The position numbers and the translations under genes are program-made. The notes below the pieces were generated by a model that had not been told where the DNA came from, ran no database searches, and saw only the letters and a list, made by a program, of their open reading frames with translations. A DNA stretch of 64,000 nucleotides, taken from positions 1-64,000 of the forward strand of contig CDROCS010003925.1 of assembly GCA_977020255.1 (NCBI GenBank), written 5' to 3'. Every line of letters begins with the position of its first letter. The first letter of the stretch is position 1. This document shows positions 35,601 through 46,400 of the stretch, one piece after another. This DNA is from Obrimoposthia wandeli. Its lineage: Eukaryota.

Positions 35601-38600
35601 TTCAACAAAAAAAACAATGAAACATTTCCCAAATTTAGTTTGTCAATTTTTTAAACATTTTTATCTCTTATAGATAAAATTTCCTCGAATTATAACTCGA
35701 TGTGGAGCTGAACCAAAAAATATTTTTGATTAAAAAATATAAGCAAAGGTGTTACCAACTTTTAAATATATCAATCAAAACTGATAAACCGTGGAAGTGT
35801 TGAGGTCCAGGTCAAATTTTCAGAAATTGAAAAGGCCTTCTCCTGGTACTTAAGAAACTACCACTTTCTTTTTGTTAAAAAAAAACATTGTTCGAAAATT
35901 TTATTCTCATTCACTCCAAGCGATGACTATTTAATGTTTTTGGAAGCCAAATTGTAAGCCTGGCGGTTTGTAATTAGGCCACAAAAATCTTAATTCCGTT
36001 GAAAAAAGGCTTTCCACTAAAACTTTTATAATATAATTAAGTAAAGTTCTTTAAAAATATTCGTAAACACTAACATACAAGAAAAGTAATACAGCAAAAG
36101 TGCATGAGCAATTAAAAAACTCAAAATAACGGGTTTTAATTGATCTTAGCATTAAAATATGCTCCTTTAGTTAAACTAAAACTTGACATCGTCAACTCCA
36201 ACTTTACGAATCAATGTGAGTTTTGACCAGCAATGTATAACCGATAACTAGTTACTTCTGAACCTCGGCACTGCGCAATCTCAGATACCAGTCGACTGCG
36301 GCGGACGGACGAGCGGGATGGTGTGGACTACCACTTTGTGGAGTCGCGTTCCCAGTTCGAGGCGGCTCGCGAAGCTGGCCAGTTTCTGGAAACGGTGCAG
36401 TTCCGACAGAACTGGTACGGTACCAGCCAACTGGCTGTGAAGACGGTTGCTGACAGTCGTCGTCACTGTCTGCTGGACGCTACTGTGGCTATTCTGTCGG
36501 AACTTGCGCGGGCCGGACTGCCGCCGATCGCGGTGCTTATCACTGCCGACTCTAGGGAGCGCGCGACTGCTCTCATGACGGAGGGCCTACCCGGACAAAC
36601 CGAGGTCAGTGACAAGGTAGCCCGCAGCATGATGCAGAATGCTCTTCTTCTCAACTCACGAGACCGGGATCACTTTAATGGTGAGATGCATTTATGAAAT
36701 ATTTCTGGATAAACTTTTGTGGCAATTTTCGAATTCTTTTATTTGTACATTTATGTTATTTTCCATTAAATTGGCGACGTCCAAAAGTTTTATTTAGATT
36801 GACATTCGGCATTTTGAACTTCTGATAGCTGGATTCTTCTTTTTATGTAACTTCTGAAATTTTAACTGAAAATAAGTTATGTTCTTTTTAGCTTACATAC
36901 AATTATGTTTATTTACTTGAAGTAGTACTTTAAAATACGATACATAATTTTGAAATACGACTATGATAAGGTAGTTTTGTGTTATATTAAGTATTTAATT
37001 TTATTGAACAACCTATCGTTAATTATATAAATAGGCAGAATGCTTTAAAAAAATCATTGAAAACAATTATTGCGCGGAAACTAAGAAAAGAAACAATAAC
37101 AACAAAAATAACAAACATTAAAATAAGAACTTCAAGCAAAATTATATATGAATACGTGGATTTGTCTACGATCTTTATGGATCTTTTTCGTTTTAATGTG
37201 ATTTACATCTCTAACCGTTCCAATTTTGTTCTCAATATAAATTGATCATTTTTCTTTCGTAAAGTAAAAAAAGCACGTGTCACAAAACATGTTAAATAAA
37301 ATAAGTAAGAAAACAACTTTTATTATCGTTAAACAATTTAAACACAACGTAATTTTTGTGTTAGCCATTTAGTGACATCGTACGAAATATCATACATTAA
37401 TAAATAACGTCTTCAGAAACTAAGATTAATTAAAGTTAGTGTTTTTAAATTAGACGTGTAAAAAACTATTTGAGAAAATTATTAATGGTGTATATTATAA
37501 GTTATGCGATATGATTGGCGTACATTGGTTAATAAGAGTTTTTATTTTAAAAAGAACATTAAAAAGTCTAATGAGTTAAACGTTTGGTACTATTCTTGTA
37601 TGCCCTTACTATATTCTTGACATTAGTTAAGATTTTCGTTTGAAAACATTCAATAATTCAAGCATCATTTATTTTGTGTAAATTTCTTGTTTTAAAATTA
37701 CCCAAAAGTCTTCAATGTGACGGAGGATTCCAGTCCTTTTTAGCAAATTTTATTGCTTGAGATTATAAAGTTAAAATAATGCTTAGCATAGTGTTTGCTC
37801 GCCAATTTCGCCATTCTGATGTTCTTCTATAAAGGGATGCATATAAATGATTTTTGTGCATAGTTATTTGCAGTTTTAGATTTTTATAATATTTAATCGC
37901 AATATTGGGTCATTGGTGTTAGAAATAAGTTTCGTTCAGGGCAAAAATTTCAAGAAACCTAAATCATGTGACAGAAATAATAACAAAAATAAAAACCTGA
38001 GTATTTTAAGCATAACTTTATTTTCATTAATTATTTATTTATTTTATTCTAAAAAATAATTGATTGTAATAATGTGCCATCAAATTATAGCACGTAAAAT
38101 TTAGAAATGAGAATAAAAAAAAAAAAAACCTTTTACTGGTGATTTAGAAATGTAAATTTTTATTTTATAAACAGAAAATTTAATTATAATATAGAATTAC
38201 GTTAAATTTGTATTTTGTAAAATAAATGTAAACATATGATGTTTATTTTAATAATTTTTAATTGACACAATTAAATCTACAATGATATTTAGTATTATTT
38301 AAAAATACAATTTTGTTTTTAGAAAGTCAGCCGAGAATTTCCTTTTAAAGTTTAAAAAAAGTATTTTTATTTTTTTATTGTTAAATAAAAGTGCAACATG
38401 AAAATTATTCCTTGTAAAAAAAATTTTGGAAATTATTTCGTATCCTGATTACGACAAAAATAATTTTAATGCACTACCACTTCCAAAAAAACTATTATAA
38501 TTTTATGTCTAAAATAATTGTTAATTTTTTAAACTTTTTTATTATTAAATAATAACTCTAATTTTAAAAAAAATGCTATATCAGAGGTGAATATTAAAGA

Positions 38601-39171
38601 CTATTAAGAAAAATTATATTATGAACACATAATTTGAAATGCCTATGTATAGAGAACCTTTATTAATATTTCAGGTTAGTTAAATGTTAAAAGTTAGGTA
38701 AAAGATATTTGAATCTTTCAAATCGGCAAGCTGGAATATTTTTCTCACGTTTACAACAATAGAATCGGTTTGGAACCAATACAAGCATTTCATGTTTTGG
38801 TAACAGATCGTACCTCATAATTATTATAATATTTAGTTTTGTTGTTTCATATATATGTCAAGTCGTTATTTAATGTAAAATAAGCGAATATGTTTAGAAA
38901 AAGGGAAGCAAAGTTATTATTTGTCAATTGGTAAAAAATATTTCACAGCAATGTATGAGAATTGTTTATTATCGCTTATCAATAATACATTATTGTCAGA
39001 TAATATTCATATCAAGTTACAACTTTCTATTTTATTGCAGTTGTGCTCAACAGTCCCAGTCCAGAAGAACTGGTCGACCAGGTCTACAACTGTATCATCA
39101 ACTGTCAGAAAGTCGGCGTTTGGACTCCCGATTCGGATCAAACGGCCCTGACGAATGCCAAAGAACCGTAG
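17693..39171 (+). CDS. DLG1-like: DLG-family MAGUK, SH3-HOOK-guanylate-kinase-like, 392 aa, 6 exons, no PDZ detected
   Basis: Exons 17693-17803, 20936-21048, 23272-23540, 32929-33087, 36285-36680 and 39041-39171, all GT-AG and phase-consistent (1179 nt). Motifs TFYVKSQVEYNSNPEYGLP, GLNFGSGDILLIRNANDENWWSAR, GLVPSAERL, RPVVVVGP, FSSPVNHTSRLRRTDERDGVDYHFV, FLETVQF..WYGTS, HCLLD, PIAVLI and GVWTP match the DLG SH3-GK tandem. Confidence 0.9.
18675..19546. mobile_element. Candidate non-autonomous DNA element bounded by a 14 bp inverted repeat
   Basis: TGATTAGTGCCGTT (18675-18688) and its exact reverse complement (19533-19546). No TSD or superfamily recognised. Confidence 0.3.
20040..20180 (-). 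mobile_element. piggyBac-like transposase remnant
   Basis: Minus frame ..CVEGVDVID*C.. resembles the GGVDxxDQ motif. Short, with approximate boundaries. Confidence 0.3.
21600..21730 (+). mobile_element. Tc1-like HTH remnant
   Basis: SVNQSTISRTIAKRRIRCFKCKKVPLTSAKQK resembles the Tc1 second HTH/linker. Confidence 0.4.
22210..22680 (+). mobile_element. Mutator (MULE) transposase remnant
   Basis: LKRTIQR..VELPGRFTQT..ILFFST..LWYADETFKC and DFKRHFISSFKEAFPN..DCLLHLCQ match the MULE WxxDGTFK and DFE..FP..CxFHxxQ motifs; stops present. Confidence 0.7.
24385..24570 (+). mobile_element. Tc1/mariner transposase remnant (second D and SPDLNP region)
   Basis: YHQGTAPPH..FNQTF..QPRSLDLNH corresponds to FQQDGAPPH..WPxRSPDLNP. 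Confidence 0.55.
25028..25322 (+). repeat. Dispersed ~300 bp repeat, copy 1
   Basis: Collinear with 36957-37252 (gtagttttgtgttatatta..aaactaagaaaagaaa..aattttgttctcaatat.aattgatca), roughly 70% by eye. Confidence 0.75.
25980..26420 (+). mobile_element. piggyBac transposase remnant
   Basis: ERFAQMSTCLRFDD..IR..VDELSNGFHGRIRFR*YTPSKSGKY matches the MSRxRF..LRFDD and VDE..FRGR..RQYxPxKPxKYG motifs. Confidence 0.75.
27682..28335 (+). mobile_element. Tc1/mariner internally deleted element, copy 1 (654 bp)
   Basis: TA-CAGGGTGTCC...GGACATCCTC-TA. An N-terminal HTH remnant is fused to C-terminal CPMDFYFWGYLKYKVY..NGGHIEH. Same family as 57457-58172. Confidence 0.9.
31570..31753. mobile_element. hAT-family MITE (184 bp) with a perfect 8 bp TSD
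   Basis: TIRs CAGCGCCCGGGAAA / TTTCCCGGGCACTG; TSD TTTTAGAT at 31562-31569 and 31754-31761; subterminal CCGGCCCGCG x2. Confidence 0.92.
31879..32284 (+). mobile_element. Dispersed repeat copy 2, Polinton pPolB-derived fragment
   Basis: Same sequence as 14485-14920 with matching ends, lacking ~30 bp (gaacatatgaatgcaagcatggtttatattaa). Confidence 0.75.
32340..32600 (-). mobile_element. Possible PIF/Harbinger transposase remnant
   Basis: EAVTLTKTEVLRLLNTG...CLMI*SEL..TQW weakly resembles LxxTLRYLATG..CxxIW..W. Many stops. Confidence 0.3.
36957..37252 (+). repeat. Dispersed ~300 bp repeat, copy 2
   Basis: Collinear with 25028-25322. Confidence 0.75.
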
Positions 39172-42100
39172 CTTACCTATTCACTGAAATCCACATACTA
39201 CCACATATCCAAACATCGAAAACCGGCTCAATTATTCTTTACTCATAGCAATTTTTTAAACATTTCTATAGCCTTTTATACTGCCATCAGACTGATAACC
39301 GGTTACCAATGCTTTATAGGTAGATCTGGTGATTTATTTATTGACTAACGGAAGTCTATAGTCGAAAACTCACTGTTTTTGATTCAGTTAGATCATGGTT
39401 TTTTAATGTAAATAAGCTTCTACATACAAAAGTATATTTTTACACATTTTCACAAAAAGACAGACAACAAAGGTTTCTTAGTTTCAGTTTAATTAATCAA
39501 ACGTGCTAAAACTATATTTATCTATACTTGATTTAAAAATCAAATGTAGATAAAAAGTTAGGAACAATGATTTTATTGTATTTTTAATTTATTTTTTATT
39601 CCTTTGGTCGATTCTCTTCCAAATTCTCTTTCACCTTGTGTTTTTATTGAATGGGTGTTTTGTTGTGATTTATGACGCTACAAATCTTTGATTTACTTGT
39701 GATAAACATGGGCTTGTGATTTGTGATTGTATTATTTATTGATTTTCAGCTGATTCATGTAGATGACTTGATTTTCTATGGATTTTAATATTCAACTTTA
39801 TTATCGCTTGTGAATGGCTTAGAAAACTTCAGTTTTCATATTCTATTTTTACGTGGAGCGCCCATTAAATAGCAAAGGAGGGGAACATAATTTGAAGCTG
39901 AAATTTGGTCCATTTATTCCCCAAAACATATTGGTTAAATCTAAATAATGAATGGGTTTTTTTGTTTTGAACATTTGATAATTAAAAGAAAATTATATTA
40001 TGTGGATTTTAGAAACATTTTGAAGCCCTTTATAAAGGAGCAATATACATATCTAGGATCATGGTAGAGTTGGGGTGGTCCATCCAGAGGGACTATTTAT
40101 CATTGGGTGAGAAATGTCGGAAATCGGTAAAAACAAGAACGGTGAGCTTTGTGGCTTTTGTGAAGCGTGAAAGGCGGGTGACAGGATAGCATTGTGACAC
40201 TCTTTATTTGAGTAGAAGTTCGTTGTATAACATGTTAAAATCAAATATACTAATAGAATAAACGTCACTTATATAGAAGTTAATTCTAAAATGTATTTTT
40301 TTTGTTTTAAACGTAACTAAAGTTATTGATATGAAATTATACATTTAATATAGATTTAAATTAATTTAATATAAAGTAAGGTACAATTCTTTATTAAGCA
40401 AGCGTCAATATTTTTAAATAACAATTTATTATTAATGTTTAATAAAAAGAGTTTGCCATCAAAGGCACACATTTACGTATTGGTATATTTTAACAGGTTT
40501 TTAACTATACTATAAACACAGAAATATAATTGTGCTACAATTGAAAGAATTTATTTATCCTAAAACTTTCTCCGATGTGTTATTCTATATAATCTTTCAA
40601 TGACTGTTAGATTTTGAATTTAATTACAAGTACTTTATAACTTCAAATTTCGTTTACTGTTAAACAACAAAAATTGAAAAAAAATCATTTGTATTTGTTG
40701 AATTACGAATTTCATGATATGTAACTTATTTATATCAAAATTATTAAATAACTTCCTTGTTCCGAATAAGCTTAAATAATTCTAAAACAAGCAGTTTTTA
40801 GTTTTTAGTATTATATTTGATATTTTAAAGATATGTAGTTTTGAAATATATATGGATAAAATATATTCTGCAAATTTGTAGAAGGTTTTCTCTAAATTTG
40901 TCAGTTTTCAATTAGAAACAATACAATTTCTGAAATATAGATAATTTTTATATCAATAATTGAGATTTTATGATTTTTATTTTTTTTACATAAAACATTT
41001 TTTGAATAAATTTTTAAAAAATAAAGATAATAACTGATTAATTCAATTTAATTCAAGCTAATAAGCATTAATAACATTAGATTTGAATTCAGTTTTATAG
41101 AAGCATTTTTAAGCCAGGCAGGGTGAAACTGGTGATAAACCGATTGGGAACTAACATAGGAAGAATGAGTTGATTTCAAAACCATTTTTAATTAGTCATG
41201 TTACCCCTTATTTTAAACCCATCACTACTGTTCTTTATTTACAACAATAGCAGGTAATTAATTATTTGTAAATAAATCTCTTCCTTTGGTTAAATTCAGT
41301 TTCTTTAAAGTTGGAAATATGTCTTTGGCCAATAAACCACATAATTTAGTGAACATTGCTAAGATTTTTGTAAAATTTTGTACGGAAAAAATGATGGGGC
41401 TTAATCATTTTCTTCTTCTATACTAATGTGGTTCATTTACTCGTTAAATATTTTTAAACATATTTATTTGATGAAGGGATTATTTCAAATTGTTTCTGAC
41501 TGACTGCAATGATATCTGTCGCTATCAAATAAGTTATTCTAATACATCATAAATATTTCAATTTTTTTTTTTCATATCGAATTCATTTATAATCAATTTT
41601 GTAAAAAAAACAAAATTAAAAAAAGCTTTAAAAATAAAAACAGTGAAAATATTAAAAGTTATATGACATCACTATATCAAAAATTTTGAAAAGCAAGCAT
41701 TTCTGAATATGTTTTTTTTAAATTAGTTAACGTTGAAATGTCATTTTGTTAAAAAAATATCGAAATTTAATTTGGTTGTAATTTTGAAACTTAATATAAG
41801 TCATATGTGAAAAATCTATTATTTTGTTTAACTTTTATACGTTTGCGTTTTAACAAAATATAACAAATAAAATTAAATATGTAATAATGTTAGAGTCAGG
41901 TCTGAGAATGCGTAGAGTATAGGAATTGTTCAAAGGGTTTTAAATAGGTAAAGTAAGCTTAATGCCTTACCATTTAAATGATAAAATATTTGAAAGGAAT
42001 GACATAAATAATTAAAATTTATACCAAAATAGTCGGAAAAATATTGAAAACTTAGAGCTACGAATCAAACTTAAAACAACTTAAAAAGTTGAGTCTTTAA

Positions 42101-42335
42101 TTAGAGAAAATATAACAAATCGAAGTACACAACAACCTCTCCGCTATATAAAATTCACTAAACCCCCAGGTTAAGGGAAAGTGGGGAATTCCATGAGGTT
42201 TACGAAGGGTAAACAAACAAAAAACGAGTATCGTAAAGAGACTCACTGAGTTGCACCATTTGGTGCGTCAATATTATTGGGCCTGCCTAAGGACCTTAAA
42301 ACTATGAAAGGCATTGGTTTAAACCTAACATAGAC

Positions 42336-42792
42336 CATAGGTTCCCAAAGTGGTCAATATCGATCCCCCAGGATCGACCAGAGTCATCTAGAAGTAAAAC
42401 TTTCTAGGGTTAAAATATAGATATTCTTATAAAAATACAGATAATATCAATTACTGGCTATCCTAGGCATAACTTGAGTTTAACCTTAGCGTGAAAACAC
42501 ATACAATTTAATATATATTTGTATTTATGTATAAGACTCTTAGATAGATCAATAATACTAATTCTAACTCTGCTCTCACGCATCTAGCACCTGTACAAGT
42601 GTTGCACACATGTTATAAACAATCTTGGTTAACTAAACACGAACATACGTTCCGTGCTTGCTATGCATTTGCTCATCATAGTTCGTGCGGGTATATTTTT
42701 ATGTCAATGTTTTTATTAAACTTATCTGGAGGTCGATTATAAGGCAAATATTCTATAAAGGAGTCAACGGGTTAAAAAGTTTTGGACCCTTG
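42336..42792. mobile_element. hAT-family non-autonomous element (457 bp)
   Basis: Ends CATAGGTTCCCAAAG / AAAAGTTTTGGACCCTTG resemble hAT CAGGGGTTCCCAAAC termini. Flanks ACATAGAC / AGATAGAC match at 7 of 8 positions (TSD). Confidence 0.7.
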
Positions 42793-43458
42793 AGATAGAC
42801 AGACATTTTAGAATATAATTTTTTCAAATCCAATTTTTTTAAAAATTTTGACTATTTAACTATTAAACAACAAAAGAGTTTCTAAACTCAAATTTATTTG
42901 TTATTTCAGTTAAAAGTTTCTCAGTGTTTACAGGTATTTAGCAGTTATGAATGATAAAATTATATCTAATAAATATTTACTTTTATTTAAAATTGATTAT
43001 TTTAATATTCTCTGTGCGCAGTTAGTGTAACATGAACATCATTTTTTACTCAAAGAATCAAAAACTAAATGTGCAACTTTCAATTTACAAAGTTTGACTG
43101 AGTGGTGAAAACCGTATAGTTAAACCTGGAACTCAGATTTTATTCATAAATATTTATGAGCTTTAAAAATTGTAGCTTAAGCTTCAACATTATTTTATTC
43201 ACATAGCAATAATAATATTTTGAAACTATAATTTAGTTTTTTTCAAATATATTTTTTGTATAAATATAATTTGAATTTTTAAAGACTATTTAAAATTTTA
43301 TTTAATATTTGTAATAATATATTATACGTTTACTTGTTTGAATATTTCATAACTATAGTTACGATTATTATTTTATTTTAAAAACATCGAAATTACAAGT
43401 TATTTCATTTGAATAATTTTAAATATACAGTTATAAATTGGTCTCCTAAATATTAATT

Positions 43459-46400
43459 ATGAAAGGTAAAAGCATACATTTATCTATTAACTTTAAGTTT
43501 AGCTAAGTCACGCCTTAAAAATAGAAAAGACAATGAAACTCCAGAGAAATGTTCTTCCGATGATAGTCGAGGAATCGCAGAAGTAGTGAACCCCAAAATT
43601 AATGAAACATACTCCGAGTTAAAAGTCACAAAGGAATCTCTTCAAAAGGTTGGGAGGAAATTGCATAAAATTACCAAATGACACAATCATTAGCTTCTAC
43701 GTCGAGAAAGTGTGGATGAGCATGTGTCTGGTGGTCTGAAAAGTCCGCTGATTGTTCGTCGTGATTTACCACTGGATCAGAGAAAGGTTCCCACTATCAA
43801 GTACTGCGTGTTGAGAAAGGCACCGGACGATGCAACTGCTGTGCGACCTACGATGGATCACGGTGGAGTGCGATTGGACGCGGTTGGTCGTGTGGTACCA
43901 CATAGCATTCTCGGTTCGGCAGAGGATTTCTTTAGGATATCCCTGAACAAGGGCCATCTGGCATCTGAGGTGGGATCTTTGGAGCAATTTTTAAAATTTG
44001 GATTTTCTTTATCATTTCACTGTTTCTCTATATTTCTATTATACACTTCATTTCTACAAAAAATCTGTTGATAAGTAGCTTTTTTATTTATTCATTAAAT
44101 TATTTACTACAACCGGTATACTCGTTAGAATGTAACCAGAATGACGTTCTGTAATTGTGTGTGTACAGGTCGCTAGTGCGTTCAGACGTGCTCGAATTTC
44201 AGGAACAGCTTTATAAGGCAAAATATGCATCCTCATGATCACCGGAGTCGTAGACTGATCGAATTCTTTCTCTGTCCGATTGGAGTTCAGATCTGTGTAG
44301 TAAGTATCATCAGGGAGAACGTAGTTAATGCTAGTTTCTTGTGGTACCTCCGTTGACCCCGGTTTATGTATCAATTGTTAGTATAAAACGTCATTTCCGG
44401 TGCCGTTAAGATTGTTCGAAATGTAGCATTTCTTGAAGACAGCGACAGTGACGTCCAACTCTTCTTAATTATTGACGAACCGTTTACCGCTGTCTCCAAG
44501 CTCTGGTTTTCTCATTTTGCCTGTGTAGGTGTCTTGGCCCTCTGTGAATTATTTGGTCCACCTCCGTTGTAGAATACTCTCATTGGTTTGTTGACAGACT
44601 GAATGACAGTAGACATGGTCTTCAATTCTTCAGTCAGCATAGACTTCACTTAAGCGCTTCGTAATTGTCTCTGTTGGTCTTCTCGCTCACACTTTCTATA
44701 TCCAAACGTTGACTAGAGCTTCATTTATTCGACCCTTTTCTTTGTACTGTGCCAAGATCCTTTCGTCACGTAGCGGCCTTGAATAGAGCCTTTCTCTCGA
44801 AGATGACATACTGTAATTGGTAAAAGAATATTTGAAAATCATAATTATAAAGCTTGATTACTATGATTTATTGTCATTTATATCCATGTACCTATTTCTA
44901 ATAACTAATACACCCGGAAAAATTCAATTTTGTTCGGTAAATACACTAGTTGTTTTTGTAATTATCTTGTCAAAGCATTACATAAAAATGTCACACATAC
45001 ATTTGACCTTTAACTTTAATCAATAAACAACCTTCAAATGGACAAGCTAACTCGAAAGAGAGGCGAGATATTGTGGTGGAATTGAAACAGTTAACCAAAT
45101 TGCAGAGGACTTACTAATATCAAAGTATCGGAAGATCGACTATTTACCATATTCTGGGAAAGTAGGCAAAGAGAAACACAAAGTAGAGAAATAACTGAAA
45201 TCAAAGCACCCGAGAAATCAGGAAAAATTTTCAATCGGGAAAAAGAAAAACCAACTAATAGGGATGCACTCCTCAAATGTTTCTTAAAGAGAATTATCAG
45301 CTAATCGTGATATCTGCCTCGTGTCAAAGCATTTGAAATAGCAAAAATTCCAGCAATCACATAAACCTAAATAGCCTCACATAGAACCCGAGTACGTCAA
45401 CTTTACGATGTCAGTTTGTGCAATGAGAATGGTGTTCAGAAATAGTAACGAATGACGAAGCAGTACAATTTCAGCAAATTATGTAATCAAAAAGAGGAAT
45501 CTCCCTGAGAGTGTTCGCTTTGCTAAAATTTAAAAAAGTTAATAATTCAAGCATTCGAAGAAATTGTCAATCTATTGAAGATTTTTGGAGCATACTGAAA
45601 CAAAAAATGTTTGCCAAATATTGGAAGGATAATGTTTATGGCCAGATAAAACGAAGGATTAAGAAATGTTTGAGCGTAACCAATTTCTAAATGGTAACAA
45701 AGATGATGGTTGGAGTCAAAGGGAAACTGTGAAAGGCCACAAGAGAAGGCTGTACTTGTTTTATCATTCTTTTTTAATAAATGTCTCACATCTGAAATAT
45801 ATTTAAGTGTTTTATTATTCAATGAATACGTGCCGATTTTTTACCCGAACAATTGTTATATTAGAACAGATAACATTTTTTACTGTATTGAGTATAAAGA
45901 TTCTTTTGTCCCCGGAGGTGCAATGGCTGTTTCACGACAACGTTCTGAATAGATTTGTAGAATATCTACCAGTTATATTACAATTTCTTGTCATGTGTCA
46001 CGAAGACTTTCTTGAACTTGAACCACTAAACATGTTCAAGTACAGAGTTGGATATCTTCTTGACATCAAGTTGAAGTTCAATGATTTGAACAAGTAACTT
46101 CAAGATAGAAGACTGCTTGTCAGTGACACAATTAGAACTCAACTCCGAAACTTTGATGTGACACATTTTGTTTTTCTTGTTAATCACCGAGGAATTTCTG
46201 GAGATTTACCAATTCGAGTTAACATATTCTTCTTAAATATTTGAAGAGTTTGTTAATCAATTTGAGCGCTGCTTCATCGAATTTGCTTACCTGATTTGGC
46301 CCGTCAAATTATTGTGTCACTCAGTTAACATTGCAGCTGATGAAATTTCATGTTGATGTAGCATTAACAAAATACCCGAAACCTAAAATGAGCTTATTTC

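Noticed and set aside
40050-40270. GC-richer island between the two host genes as an exon of a third gene
   Set aside because: No partner exons, no recognisable protein and no consistent frame.
23700-42060. Short Penelope-like peptide hints (NGYP at ~23770, IPFV at ~28870, MPY at ~41970) and a MULE C-terminal hint at ~29950
   Set aside because: Each is only a few residues in AT-rich DNA and not distinguishable from chance without a search.
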